A DNA stretch of 64,000 nucleotides from an uncultured cyanobacterium (GTDB lineage: Bacteria > Cyanobacteriota > Cyanobacteriia > Cyanobacteriales > Nostocaceae): assembly GCA_963740315.1 (NCBI GenBank), contig CAVUDP010000002.1, positions 576,001 through 640,000 of the forward strand, given 5' to 3'. The translations under genes and the position numbers were made by a program. Shown here one piece after another: positions 10,574-20,945 of the stretch; positions within the stretch are counted from its first letter, which is position 1, and every line of letters starts with the position of its first letter. The notes beneath the pieces are model-generated. The model was not told the DNA's origin. It saw only the letters and a list, made by a program, of their open reading frames with translations, and ran no database searches.

Positions 10574-10703
10574 TAAGTACTTAGACAAAATTAATTGTAT
10601 ATTTGTCATTGCGAGTGGAACGAAGTGAAGCGAAGCAATCCCAACGTCTTGTGATTGCTTCGCTTCGCTCGCAATGACATAAATATTTTTGTCCACCTAC
10701 TTA
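10574..10703. mobile_element. MITE-like element (termini TAAGTA...CAAAA / TTTTG...TACTTA) with an internal long palindrome
   Basis: Imperfect terminal inverted repeats; internal GTCATTGCGAG...CTCGCAATGAC; related copy at 22435-22589. Confidence 0.7.
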
Positions 10704-10723
10704 ATTATTTAGTAAGTTATATG

Positions 10724-10853
10724 ATACCTGGCGATTAAATATGCCGCACCTAGCGGTGAACGCGGCTACACAGGCAAAACCCGCCTGAGCCGCACCTGAG
10801 CCGCACTATGTCTTCGACACATCTTCGATGAACGTGAACGGTGAACGCGGGTT
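10724..10853 (+). repeat. REP-like element (CCTGGCG...GCGGCTACACAGGCAAAACCC...GGGTT) interrupted by nested small insertions
   Basis: Uninterrupted copies at 49468-49522 and 50057-50110. Confidence 0.75.
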
Positions 10854-10875
10854 ATAAATTATCATTTTTTTAATT

Positions 10876-11439
10876 CTAATTACCGCTCATTTTTAACCAT
10901 GCAAAAACTTGATTGGGAGTAAGCGTTAATTCAATTTCTGGTAATACTAATAAAACGTCTTCTCCTTGAAACAGTACGGGTTGTTTTCCCGGTTCAAATA
11001 TTAAAATACTTGAGTCATCAGCATCGAGAAACCACCCCAAACGAGTGCCATATTTCAAACAATGAAGAATATTACCAATAACTTTATTCGGTTTTTGATC
11101 TGGTGAAAGGATTTCAATAGTCCAATCTGGTGGATTTTCAAAGTTATCGGGAACATCACCATCAGCAGTAAAAGCGATGTTATCCCATTTAAAAACTGCA
11201 ATATCCGGTATTATAGAACGTCCCCCAAAGGTACAGCGCAACTTAGGAAATGCATAAGCAATTTTTTTGTCTTCAACTTCTTGGTTAATTGCAGTGCAGA
11301 GTTTTCCTTGTAAACGGCTGTGTCTTCCTTTTGGCATCGGTTTTTGAATAATTTGTCCGTTGATGTACTCGCTTGCTGGTTTGGTTTCTGGAAGTTTGAG
11401 GAATTCTTCTAGGGTTAGCGGTTGGGTGGTTATAACCAT
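10876..11439 (-). CDS. Uma2 (DUF820) family PD-(D/E)xK endonuclease-like protein
   Basis: LTLEEFLKLPETKPASEYING, HSRLQ, IPDIA, PDWTIEILSP. Confidence 0.9.
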   Translation of the reverse strand: MVITTQPLTLEEFLKLPETKPASEYINGQIIQKPMPKGRHSRLQGKLCTAINQEVEDKKIAYAFPKLRCTFGGRSIIPDIAVFKWDNIAFTADGDVPDNFENPPDWTIEILSPDQKPNKVIGNILHCLKYGTRLGWFLDADDSSILIFEPGKQPVLFQGEDVLLVLPEIELTLTPNQVFAWLKMSGN

Positions 11440-11531
11440 GACTTTAGCTGGGGAGGGGGTGTTGATAGTTTAGCTTTTTGGATGTGTGGGGGTTTTGGGA
11501 TTGCGATCGCGCTTTGAGATGATTGTAAAAA

Positions 11532-11683
11532 TGTAGGGGTTGAGTTAGGCGCAAAAGAATAAATATTGCAAGCTAACCCAACATTGCATTATTTATCCAC
11601 AATTGTGATGTTGGGTTACGACACGATTTATATAGATTATCGTTACAAATTTAATTTGGTAAACGTATCTAACCCAACCTACA
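11532..11683. repeat. REPIN-like element of the TGTAGGTTGGGTT...AACCCAACCTACA family
   Basis: Nested inverted arms AACCCAACA/TGTTGGGTT; same family at 50124, 50400 and 51369, partial copy at 10491. Confidence 0.75.
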
Positions 11684-11911
11684 AACTACGAAATCGAAAA
11701 AACATATATTTAGTAGTGCGAGCATCTTGCTCGCTAATAATTCAATCATCTTGCTCGCTAGTAATTCACCAATCACATAATCAAGGTGCGTTACGCTCCG
11801 CGATAACACACCCTACAAAAGACACCATACAAAACAAAAAGACGTTGCACTGCAACGTCTCTACATTATTAATGGGTTTTATTCAAAAAATACCGTTGTC
11901 TACAGAATTTT

Positions 11912-14560
11912 TTATCCCAACTGACTCAACCAATGACTAACATCAACCTTTAACTTTTGTCCCAATTTCAAAAGTTGACGCAATTGATTTGTATCTTTAT
12001 GGTTGACAATTTCACCGATCGCTTTAGGCAGTATTTCAGCGTGCAGGCAATTGAAGTACAATTCTTGAGAACGCTCTAAGGAAATGCCCAAACTCAAATG
12101 TTGTTCTACTTCAATCAATTTTTCCAAACGCTGTATCTGGAAATCAAAACTACCGTTGGCATCGTACAATAATTGCCACAACAAGCGCAAGCTCAATCGC
12201 TCTAGTATCTGTTTTCCTTCGGGAAGATTCAAATTACAGTGCAAATGTTTCGCTTCGTTGGCGATCGCATCTAATTCTACTAGGTGATTCCAACTCAGCG
12301 CTTCGTCGATATCCTGTTCTAATGCCCGCAATGTCATCATACACCGATATTCTAAGGCAATTTCGGCTGCTGCCTGTAATTCTTTGGGTGCTTCTAATCC
12401 GTCTCGGTGGAATGCCATCAGCACTCCGTAGTTATCCCGATAGGTTTGAGTATAAAGCTGGTCTACTCGTGAAAGCGTTTCTTCACTCAATAACCTCATT
12501 AATCTATGGCGCTCTTCGGCAAAAAGATTTTGTAAATTGAAGGATTCTTCGCCAAATATCTGGGTCATTGCTAAGATAGTATGAGCCGCGCTGCCTTGCT
12601 GCAAGGCATTTAACAGCTTCTCTTTGATTTGGGTGTAATTCCGTTTACCTTCAAACGGTTGGATGCAGCAGTGAAAATCCCAACCTCCTAAATGCAATAC
12701 GGCGAAGGTCATTTGCTGGCTTTCCCAGGTAACTTCGGAGACTAACTTCAAATGCCCTACTGCTATAGTTAATGAACCCAAACGCTGCAATTGATGATCC
12801 AATTCGTTTGCGGTGTAACAATAAACCTGTTTTTGATAGATACGCGAATCGTTAAAATCGTTGTTTTTGTCAGTAAAACCTGACTTCTCTACAGGCTGAT
12901 GTCCGTTAAATAAAGATGTAATCGCGTAGTGGGCTGTAACTTCTTTGAAGCTAATTTGAGAAGGTAGCACCAACTGACGATAAACTTCAGCACCCGTTCT
13001 AAAACTATCAATATTGGTAGGGGCGCTAGCAAGTCGTTTGATAAAAGCTTTTTCTAATTGTACCCCTGCCACTTCTGCTGCTAATTCCATAGCGCGAGCC
13101 GCATAACGGAGAATTTGAGTTCCTTCGGGACGAGAAAGTTCTTCAAAAAACCATCCGCAACTGGTAAACATTAATAATGAGTGACGCTGCATTTCTAATA
13201 AACGTAAAGCGTCTACCTGTTCGGATGCCTGTAATTTATGGTTCTGATGTTGATTTAAGAAGCTGGAAATATTGCCAGCACACCGATCTAGTACAATCTG
13301 TACATATTCATCTCGTGTTTGCCAGGGATCGGAAAAATATTTACTACCTTGTTCCTCATACACTTCTACCAATCGATCCCGGAGCCAGTTGAGAGAATCA
13401 CGCAATGGTTTGCGCCATTTTAAATGCCAATTGGGGGCACCACCGCAACCACAATCATCTTGCCATCGATCGACACCGTGAGCGCAACTCCAAGCAGTAA
13501 CTGGCTTTAACTCAACTTCCCACGTCGGAGTATTTAAGCTGAGATAGTGAGCGAAATTAGTTACCGTCCAACCTCGATCGGGGAATTCTTGAGTAAAAGC
13601 ATAAGCCAAAGTTTTCTCGGTACCCTTTTTGTGGTGTCCGAAAGTCTCTCCATCGGTAGCAACCGAAATAACTTGAGACTGACGGCGATCGCCACGCACC
13701 GCTGCACCAATTCGTCCTGCAAAGTGGCTGGAATTGAAAACTACATCGCTAAAACCCATGTCTCGCGAAATCGGTCCGTCATAGAAAAATATATCAATAT
13801 ATTGACGTTCTGACTCATTTCCTGGCAAATAACAGCGATAAGGACGAGTGGGATCGATTTGATTCCCCCCAACTTCATGCCATTCAGATTCGGGTTGCTC
13901 AGAAGTGGGAATCAGACGACAACGCTCGGCTTGGGAAGGTGCAAGAATAATGAAGCGAATATCTTCAGCTACCAAAGCTTGTAGCGTTGCATAATCGACG
14001 GCAGCTTCCGCCAACCACATTCCTTCGGGATCGCGTCCAAACCGGGAACGGAAATCTGCTTTACCCCAACGAATCTGGCTTAACTTATCGCGTTCGCTTG
14101 CCAACGGCATAATAATGTGGTTGTATACTTGCGCGATCGCATTACCATGACCGTTCAAACGCTCGCTACTTTTCCTGTCTGCCTCGATAATTCGCTGATA
14201 TACGTCAATATCGTAGTTTTGCAACCATGACATCAATGTCGGACCGATATTGAAGCTCATATACTCGTAATTATTTACGATCCCCGCCACATCACCATGC
14301 TCGTTTAAGATTCTGGCAAAAGCATTGGGACGATAGCACTCGTGGTGAATTCGTTCGTTCCAATCGTGAAACGGTGCGGCACCCGGTTGACGCTCGATCG
14401 CGTTTAAATAAGGGTTTTCCCTTGGTGGCTGGTAGAAATGACCGTGTACCGTGACGTAAACCCCTGTAGCCGCCTTTAAAGGATCGACGCTAGGGATATT
14501 GGTATTTTTTGCGATCGAACTTGCACCAACAGAAGTTGGTAACTCAGCAGCAGAAGTCAT
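11912..14560 (-). CDS. Glycoside hydrolase family 57 protein with DUF3536 domain
   Basis: HGHFYQPPRENP, YNHIIMPL, EGMWLAE, ATDGETFGHH, WSCAHGV, MFTSCGWFF. Confidence 0.88.
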   Translation of the reverse strand: MTSAAELPTSVGASSIAKNTNIPSVDPLKAATGVYVTVHGHFYQPPRENPYLNAIERQPGAAPFHDWNERIHHECYRPNAFARILNEHGDVAGIVNNYEYMSFNIGPTLMSWLQNYDIDVYQRIIEADRKSSERLNGHGNAIAQVYNHIIMPLASERDKLSQIRWGKADFRSRFGRDPEGMWLAEAAVDYATLQALVAEDIRFIILAPSQAERCRLIPTSEQPESEWHEVGGNQIDPTRPYRCYLPGNESERQYIDIFFYDGPISRDMGFSDVVFNSSHFAGRIGAAVRGDRRQSQVISVATDGETFGHHKKGTEKTLAYAFTQEFPDRGWTVTNFAHYLSLNTPTWEVELKPVTAWSCAHGVDRWQDDCGCGGAPNWHLKWRKPLRDSLNWLRDRLVEVYEEQGSKYFSDPWQTRDEYVQIVLDRCAGNISSFLNQHQNHKLQASEQVDALRLLEMQRHSLLMFTSCGWFFEELSRPEGTQILRYAARAMELAAEVAGVQLEKAFIKRLASAPTNIDSFRTGAEVYRQLVLPSQISFKEVTAHYAITSLFNGHQPVEKSGFTDKNNDFNDSRIYQKQVYCYTANELDHQLQRLGSLTIAVGHLKLVSEVTWESQQMTFAVLHLGGWDFHCCIQPFEGKRNYTQIKEKLLNALQQGSAAHTILAMTQIFGEESFNLQNLFAEERHRLMRLLSEETLSRVDQLYTQTYRDNYGVLMAFHRDGLEAPKELQAAAEIALEYRCMMTLRALEQDIDEALSWNHLVELDAIANEAKHLHCNLNLPEGKQILERLSLRLLWQLLYDANGSFDFQIQRLEKLIEVEQHLSLGISLERSQELYFNCLHAEILPKAIGEIVNHKDTNQLRQLLKLGQKLKVDVSHWLSQLG

Positions 14561-15180
14561 GTAGAGTTATTCCTTTAATTCGTAAACTTGCAATTGCGCC
14601 GAACAATACCTATCGTTTTATTCTATAAAGCTATTTTCAGAAATAATAATCAAATTTATAGTTTGTTTAGAGTAGTCAGAGACGGCATCTGCATCAAAAA
14701 TTATACTAGATGTCTGCCATTCGGTTCGGTCGAGTCATGCAGACAAACTACAACAAAGAACTAACTGTTTTATTTTTCTTATGGGTAAAGTTTTCTCCCG
14801 GTAGTTTTAAGAAAAATTTTAATTCTCTGTTAATAAATTAAAGCACCTAAATCAGTATAGAATATATTGCGGAATTTTTGAATTTTTGAATTTTGCAAAC
14901 AAAGATTGCTCGCAGTACGTAAAACGTAATCTTATTTTATATATCCGGAGAAAAAATCAAAACAGTAAAATTTCGGAAGCCTATGCTTGGGGGCTGGGGA
15001 GTATGTTGGAGTAAGGTCGTTCTATCTTCATATATTTGATTAATATTAGTGATTGATGAAAAGATAATTAATCAAGGATTAGCATCAAAAAAGCGAAATA
15101 GTTAGTGACTGTTTCTTCAGATAAAAATCCTTATCATACAAGACTTAGGGCGACTAACCAACGGCAACATAAGGTAAAAA

Positions 15181-16272
15181 ATGTCTGGAAAAAAAATTGT
15201 GCTTGTGTCTCTGCTCGCTTTAATTCCCGTTTCTTTAGCGGCAAAGTATCTCGAATGGGGAGACTTGATAATATTCATTACGGCTGGATTGGCGATTATC
15301 CCCTTAGCAGCTTGGATGGGTACGGCTACAGAAGAAATTGCAGTAGTAGTAGGACCTAACCTTGGAGGATTATTAAATGCCACCTTTGGTAATGCTACAG
15401 AATTAATTATTGCCATAATTGCGCTTAAAGCTGGTTATGTCAACGTAGTAAAAGCGAGTATTACGGGTTCTATAATCAGTAACTTGCTTTTGGTAATGGG
15501 ATTTGCCATGTTGTTGGGTGGAATCCGCTATAAAGAACAAACATTTCAATCATTAGTAGCGCGGATGAATGCAGCAGCCATGAACTTGGCAGTGATTGCA
15601 ATTTTGGTACCAACAGCGGTTAACTATACCTCAGAAGGGATTAGCGAAACAACTTTGCAAAACCTTTCTCTTGCTGTAGCTGTAGTGTTAATCATTGTTT
15701 ATCTCTTGACTTTGTTGTTTTCCATGAAAACTCACTCTTACTTATTTGATGTAGGTGTCGCAGAAACAGAAGCAATGGAAACCCCCGAAACTCAGCCAAA
15801 TCTGCCGTTATGGGTTGGAGTATTATTTGGATGCACCATACTTGTAGCCTTTGAGTCGGAATTCTTAGTTGATTCCTTAGAAGTAGCTACATCTCAACTA
15901 GGTTTAACGGCATTATTTACAGGTGTAATTATAGTACCGATCATTGGTAACGCCGCAGAACACGCTACAGCAGTTACCGTAGCGATGAAAGATAAAATGG
16001 ATCTTTCGGTTTCCGTAGCCGTGGGTTCTACGATGCAGATAGCCTTATTTGTAGCTCCTCTTTTAGTCATAATCGGTAAATTCATGGGGCAGCCAATGGA
16101 TTTAGATTTCCATCCCTTTGAACTAGTAGCTGTTGCTGCGTCAGTTTTAATTGCCAACAGCATTAGTTCCGATGGAAAATCAAACTGGTTAGAAGGAACT
16201 TTACTGCTCGCAACCTACGCCGTATTAGGATTTGCTTTCTTCTTTCATCCAATAATTGAAGGAATTGGGTAA
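15181..16272 (+). CDS. cax: Calcium/proton exchanger (CAX/ChaA family)
   Basis: Alpha-1 repeat LNATFGNATE and alpha-2 repeat IGNAAEH; ~11 TM segments. Confidence 0.92.
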   Translation: MSGKKIVLVSLLALIPVSLAAKYLEWGDLIIFITAGLAIIPLAAWMGTATEEIAVVVGPNLGGLLNATFGNATELIIAIIALKAGYVNVVKASITGSIISNLLLVMGFAMLLGGIRYKEQTFQSLVARMNAAAMNLAVIAILVPTAVNYTSEGISETTLQNLSLAVAVVLIIVYLLTLLFSMKTHSYLFDVGVAETEAMETPETQPNLPLWVGVLFGCTILVAFESEFLVDSLEVATSQLGLTALFTGVIIVPIIGNAAEHATAVTVAMKDKMDLSVSVAVGSTMQIALFVAPLLVIIGKFMGQPMDLDFHPFELVAVAASVLIANSISSDGKSNWLEGTLLLATYAVLGFAFFFHPIIEGIG

Positions 16273-16383
16273 GCAGTTAACAGTGAGCAGTTAACAGTTA
16301 GCAGTTAGCAGTTAGCAGTTAGCAGTTAGCAGTTAGCAGTTAAGAGTTAGCAGTTAAGAGTTAGGAGTTAGGAGTTAGGAGTA
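16272..16383. repeat. Heptamer STRR (AGCAGTT/AAGAGTT/AGGAGTT)n
   Basis: Directly visible after the cax stop codon. Confidence 0.9.
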
Positions 16384-16411
16384 GTGCGAGCATCTTGCTC
16401 GCTATTTAACT

Positions 16412-16773
16412 ACCCCCCTCTCCCCCTCTCCCCCTCTCCCCATCTCCCCCATCTCCCCCATCTCCCCCTCTCCCCCTCTCCCCATCTCCCCCTCTCCCCA
16501 AAGGTTACTGAGCAGTTCGACGTAGCTCACTGTAAGACTTGTCGAAGTACTCCCCCTCTCCCCAAAGGTTACTGAGCAGTTCGACGTAGCTCACTGTAAG
16601 ACTTGTCGAAGTACTCCCCCTCTCCCCAAAGGTTACTGAGCAGTTCGACGTAGCTCACTGTAAGACTTGTCGAAGTACTCCCCCTCTCCCCCTCTCCCCA
16701 TCTCCCCCATCTCCCCATCTCCCCATCCCCCCATCTCCCCATCCCCCCATCTCCCCCTCCCCCCATCTCCCCC
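16412..16773. repeat. Octamer STRR (CCCCATCT/CCCCCTCT)n with three identical 64-bp tandem units at 16500, 16564 and 16628
   Basis: Unit AAAGGTTACTGAGCAGTTCGACGTAGCTCACTGTAAGACTTGTCGAAGTACTCCCCCTCTCCCC repeated with period 64. Confidence 0.92.
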
Positions 16774-16850
16774 CAACGGGTACTGTTAAGGCATATTAAT
16801 CTAACTTACGCTGTAGATATGAAATCGTAGTTCATGGAGGTTTGAACTGT

Positions 16851-16883
16851 AACCACGGATAAAGTTTTTATCTGTGGTTTTTT
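16851..16883 (+). terminator. Intrinsic terminator-like hairpin
   Basis: AACCACGGATAAA / TTTATCTGTGGTT followed by a T-run. Confidence 0.6.
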
Positions 16884-17000
16884 CTGAAATGAGATAATAT
16901 CTATTAATTAAATTAAGATTCGGTAACTATAAAAGCTATTCGCACACCGAGGCAATTGGTTGACTATCTGGATAAGGTGTAACTAAGGATTTGTGATGGA

Positions 17001-17261
17001 ATGGAACAAAATATCGATCGAGAATTACCTATGATGTTGCAAGCAACTGCCATGAATAGATTACCTACTTTACGTTTTGGCGATAGAGGAAGTGCTGTTA
17101 GAGTTTTGCAACGGCTTTTAGTCGCCAAGCGCTACCCGATTAGGCTTGACGGTGATTTTGGTGTTTTAACAGAAACTGCTGTTAAAGCTTTTCAAACCAG
17201 GCGAGGTTTAGCGGCAGATGGTATTGTTGGTTCTAGAACTTGGCGAGCGTTATCAACTTGA
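17001..17261 (+). CDS. Small peptidoglycan-binding (PG_binding_1) protein
   Basis: LRFGDRGSAVRVLQRLL...DGDFG..TETAVKAFQ...GLAADGIVGSRTW. Confidence 0.88.
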   Translation: MEQNIDRELPMMLQATAMNRLPTLRFGDRGSAVRVLQRLLVAKRYPIRLDGDFGVLTETAVKAFQTRRGLAADGIVGSRTWRALST

Positions 17262-17314
17262 AAATTAATCTTTTTATTTGCTAAAAACAAGATTTGCTAA
17301 AAACTTTCGAGTAA

Positions 17315-19720
17315 CTAATTAATTACTAAAATTTTTTTTTCACAATTTTTTTTTGCGGGTTGCGATTGGGTTGATTTAATCAGTGGTAATTTGACTGTAA
17401 ACTTTGAGCCTTTACCTTCTCCTGGACTTTCTACAGAAATGCTACCGCCGTGCAATTCGACTATATGACGTACAATTGCTAATCCTAATCCTAGTCCATT
17501 ATGCGCTCTGGCGTTGGAACTATCGCCTTGACGAAAACGGTCAAAAACATAAGGAAGAAACTCGGAATCTATGCCAATTCCTGTATCGCTGACTTCAATT
17601 ACGGCATATGATAATGAATTGCTTGTCTTATCTTCTAATAAGCGAACCTCTATACAGCCGCCGCAAGAGGTGAACTTAATTGCGTTGGAAAGTAAATTCC
17701 AAATTACTTGCTTTAATCGCTCTTCGTCGCCAGCAATTAAGAAATCTTTTCTTTTGAGAATAGCTTCATAGTCAGCAGGAATTTGATTAAGAGATGCAAA
17801 TTTGAGCGGTTCATAGTTCGTAAATGCTACATTCCCTATATGTTCTTCCATACCAAAACCTTTGTGAACTGATAATTTAATTTCTATTTGCTTAGCAATA
17901 CTTGTCGATCGCAAGTTTTCAATAGCTGCGACAATAATTGAAGCTAAATTACATTCACGGATATTAAGTTGCATTTTACCTTGAATTGTCCGCGACACAT
18001 CTAGCAATTCTTCGATGACGTTATGAAGCTCTCTACTATTACGCTCAATTGATTCTAAAGCTTTTGATGTGGTGGTTTCGTCAAGCTTGCGAACCCGTAA
18101 ATACTGCGCCCATCCTAAGATGCTATTTAATGGCGATCGCAATTCGTGAGATAAGATAGCCAGGAATTCATCTTTGATGCGATTGGCTTTTTGTAGCGAG
18201 TCAATTAAGTTAGCCCGTTGAATTGCGATCGCTATTTGGTTGCAGACAGCCTGCATCATACCTATTTCATAACTGGCAAAGTCAGAACGAGTCCGGCTTC
18301 CAAAGCTAATTGTACCTAAAAGCTGCCCTTGAGCGATTAACGGACAACAGTAATAAGCTCTCATGCCTAAATTACGAATTGATTCCGTGTTTGGATCGTT
18401 GGATTTAAGTACATTTTCTATCTTTGTTGCACTACGCTTGGCGGCTACAGTACCGCAAATCCCTTCACCAAATTTTTGCGATTCAAAATATGTTGCTTGA
18501 GAACAAGTAATTCCACTATAGTTAGTTAACTGTATTGCTCGATCTGTATCAACCGAATAATACAGATAGCAATCTATTCCCAATCTCTGAGCAATTTCAC
18601 CATACAAAACTTCGATTAATTCCTTTGGCTGCTCCGAAGATATTAAATCGCTAGTTGTCTCAAATAATAATTCCAGCCGATCCTGACCTAAACTTAAAGA
18701 TGTTTCTAACTGCTTGAGCTTGGTAATGTCTTGAAATAAAACAATACAAGTTGCCGGATAACCGTGCATGGGCGGCAAAGCATCTGCAAATACTTGTAGT
18801 GGATAGATATCATCTCCTTTACGCCAGTTAATCTCAACTCCTTGAAGCCTTTCGCCAAGTGCAACCCGTTTCATAAGTTTTGCTTCAGCATTGGTAAAAC
18901 CGTACAATTCGCTATACTCTTCTTGAGATTGCGCCAGAGGGAATTTACCACCTGCCATTTCGTCAGCTGCTTTATTCGCAAAAATTACTCTTGCTGTTCC
19001 CGGTTCAATTAACAACAGCGGTGCTGGCATCACATCAAATAGATGTTCTAACCACTGCTGCCCATAGCTGGGTTTTTGTTCTATTTGATTGCGTTCGCTG
19101 ACATTAATAATATATGTATCGGGGTTAGCTTTCTTAATGCTTACGGTACAGCTTACCTTAACTGCCACTTGGGTACCATCGGCGCAAACTAATTCTTTCT
19201 CATAGGGCTTGCAGCTACCAGCAGTTTTAGCTTGGGAAAAGTTATGTTTATCTATATCTAAATATTCTGAGGGCGTAATATTAAACCAATTCAAACCCGC
19301 TTGCAAACAAGAATGGGTATAGCCTGTTATCCGCATAAATTCATCGTTTGCGATACAGATATTACCATCGGCATTCACGAATACAATACCATTGAGGCTT
19401 GCATCTACAACACGAATAAACTTTGCTTCATTTTCTTCAAGGGCATTTATTGCCTTATCCCTTTGACTGCAAGCATTTTTAATTATGCTCGTACCTTTCC
19501 AAATTAATATTGTAAAAATTGCAATTGTGACTACAGCTTCAGAAATAATTGTAAAAGCCGAATCGGATAGCAGGATTTTTTCATCCCCAATAAATAACCA
19601 CCCTACTACTATCAAAATTGCAACGATAAACGATATTGATATACGTGCAAATTTTATAGATTGCGAATGCACTATATTTTGACCCGAATTGTTTTGGCGT
19701 AAGTGGTTAATATAAGACAT
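17315..19720 (-). CDS. Membrane-anchored PAS/PAS/GAF sensor histidine kinase
   Basis: 2 N-terminal TMs, PAS motifs, GAF (GEGICG...CPLI), H-box [29 protein letters not shown]; no receiver domain. Confidence 0.92.
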   Translation of the reverse strand: MSYINHLRQNNSGQNIVHSQSIKFARISISFIVAILIVVGWLFIGDEKILLSDSAFTIISEAVVTIAIFTILIWKGTSIIKNACSQRDKAINALEENEAKFIRVVDASLNGIVFVNADGNICIANDEFMRITGYTHSCLQAGLNWFNITPSEYLDIDKHNFSQAKTAGSCKPYEKELVCADGTQVAVKVSCTVSIKKANPDTYIINVSERNQIEQKPSYGQQWLEHLFDVMPAPLLLIEPGTARVIFANKAADEMAGGKFPLAQSQEEYSELYGFTNAEAKLMKRVALGERLQGVEINWRKGDDIYPLQVFADALPPMHGYPATCIVLFQDITKLKQLETSLSLGQDRLELLFETTSDLISSEQPKELIEVLYGEIAQRLGIDCYLYYSVDTDRAIQLTNYSGITCSQATYFESQKFGEGICGTVAAKRSATKIENVLKSNDPNTESIRNLGMRAYYCCPLIAQGQLLGTISFGSRTRSDFASYEIGMMQAVCNQIAIAIQRANLIDSLQKANRIKDEFLAILSHELRSPLNSILGWAQYLRVRKLDETTTSKALESIERNSRELHNVIEELLDVSRTIQGKMQLNIRECNLASIIVAAIENLRSTSIAKQIEIKLSVHKGFGMEEHIGNVAFTNYEPLKFASLNQIPADYEAILKRKDFLIAGDEERLKQVIWNLLSNAIKFTSCGGCIEVRLLEDKTSNSLSYAVIEVSDTGIGIDSEFLPYVFDRFRQGDSSNARAHNGLGLGLAIVRHIVELHGGSISVESPGEGKGSKFTVKLPLIKSTQSQPAKKNCEKKILVIN

Positions 19721-20687
19721 CGATTAGTTCATTGCCGCATCTACCCAACGCGGTAAATTTTAGTAATTCTGACGAATAGTCTTTGAGCTTTCAATCGTAT
19801 GATATGTTACCCCTGGGTAGACCTTGCATCTACCTTTGTACATATTTTCTTTTTTTTCAGGAGATAGTAGGTAATTTATTTAAATCCAAATCACATTTTT
19901 TTAGCGATTTGCTATGTAATTAACTATTAAATAGCTTTAATCGTGCTTAACCTGGATATAACTGAGAATTTAACTTGTAATTGGCTTAAACGTTCTAGCT
20001 GCCAAAATAGAGGATAATTTCTCTTGAATATTGCGGATTAGCTATTATTGCACGTAATAATTTAACTTCTGTATTACTTAAACTTATACTAATGTTTACC
20101 TGAATGATGAGTATCAAACAAAAATAGCTTATAAGTATTTACCGATAAGAAAATACAAGACAAGTAATTGCTCGCCCTTGACAATTAAGGCAATAATAAG
20201 TAGTAAGCTAGATATTATTTTGAAGGCTCCCGCCTGATAATTAAGCGGTTTTCTCAACAACTACTCGGAACTAGAAGAGATTAAAAGTCGTCATAAACTC
20301 AGCATAAATCTATAATATTTTCAAATCACACGCAGATAGTGTAAGTATTACTTAAAACCCATATTATTTTTGAGATAGTTAATAAAATCGTTGAAATCAA
20401 TAGATGATTGGGAACAGTTTTTCCTATATTTTGCGTCATGGGGGAAAGATTGAGGTCAAAATATAGGAGTTAAATTACTCCGAGATAATTCGTAGTTTTC
20501 ATTTTGAAAGTAGCAATTATTACTATTAGTAGCAATTACTAAAAATGAATTGAGAATAACGATAATTTGACATGCCCACTGCTGCAAATGTCAATATATT
20601 TTTCAATATCCGGGTTTTTTCCCCTTTCCATTAGGGCAATAGGTAAGTTAACAATATGGTTGACGTGTTTCAAATGATTCAAAAGTT

Positions 20688-20942
20688 ATGCCTAGAAATG
20701 CAAGCGAATACGCAGTATACCTATTAATGGAAAGCGGACACCGGGAAGAAGTGCGTTTTCCCACAATTCAAGAGTTTCAGAAGTGGTACAGCGGCGAACT
20801 TATGCCCAAGGCTGCTTCTGATGACTTTATAAACGTACCAATTAAGAATATAAGCGGCGAATACATGGTACTTCGTCCATCTCGGGTTGTTGCAATTCGA
20901 GTTGAACCATTATTTAGTTCTAGTGTTGAAAGATTTACATAA
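20688..20942 (+). CDS. Small hypothetical protein
   Basis: ATG-started 84-aa ORF with protein-like composition, 3 bp upstream of mltA. Confidence 0.7.
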   Translation: MPRNASEYAVYLLMESGHREEVRFPTIQEFQKWYSGELMPKAASDDFINVPIKNISGEYMVLRPSRVVAIRVEPLFSSSVERFT

Positions 20943-20945
20943 ATC

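Noticed and set aside
11566..11940. 124-aa ORF
   Set aside because: Composed of consecutive REP-like repeats, TTG start, no protein motif
16500..16691. CRISPR array
   Set aside because: The three 64-bp units are fully identical with no unique spacers, and no cas genes are present
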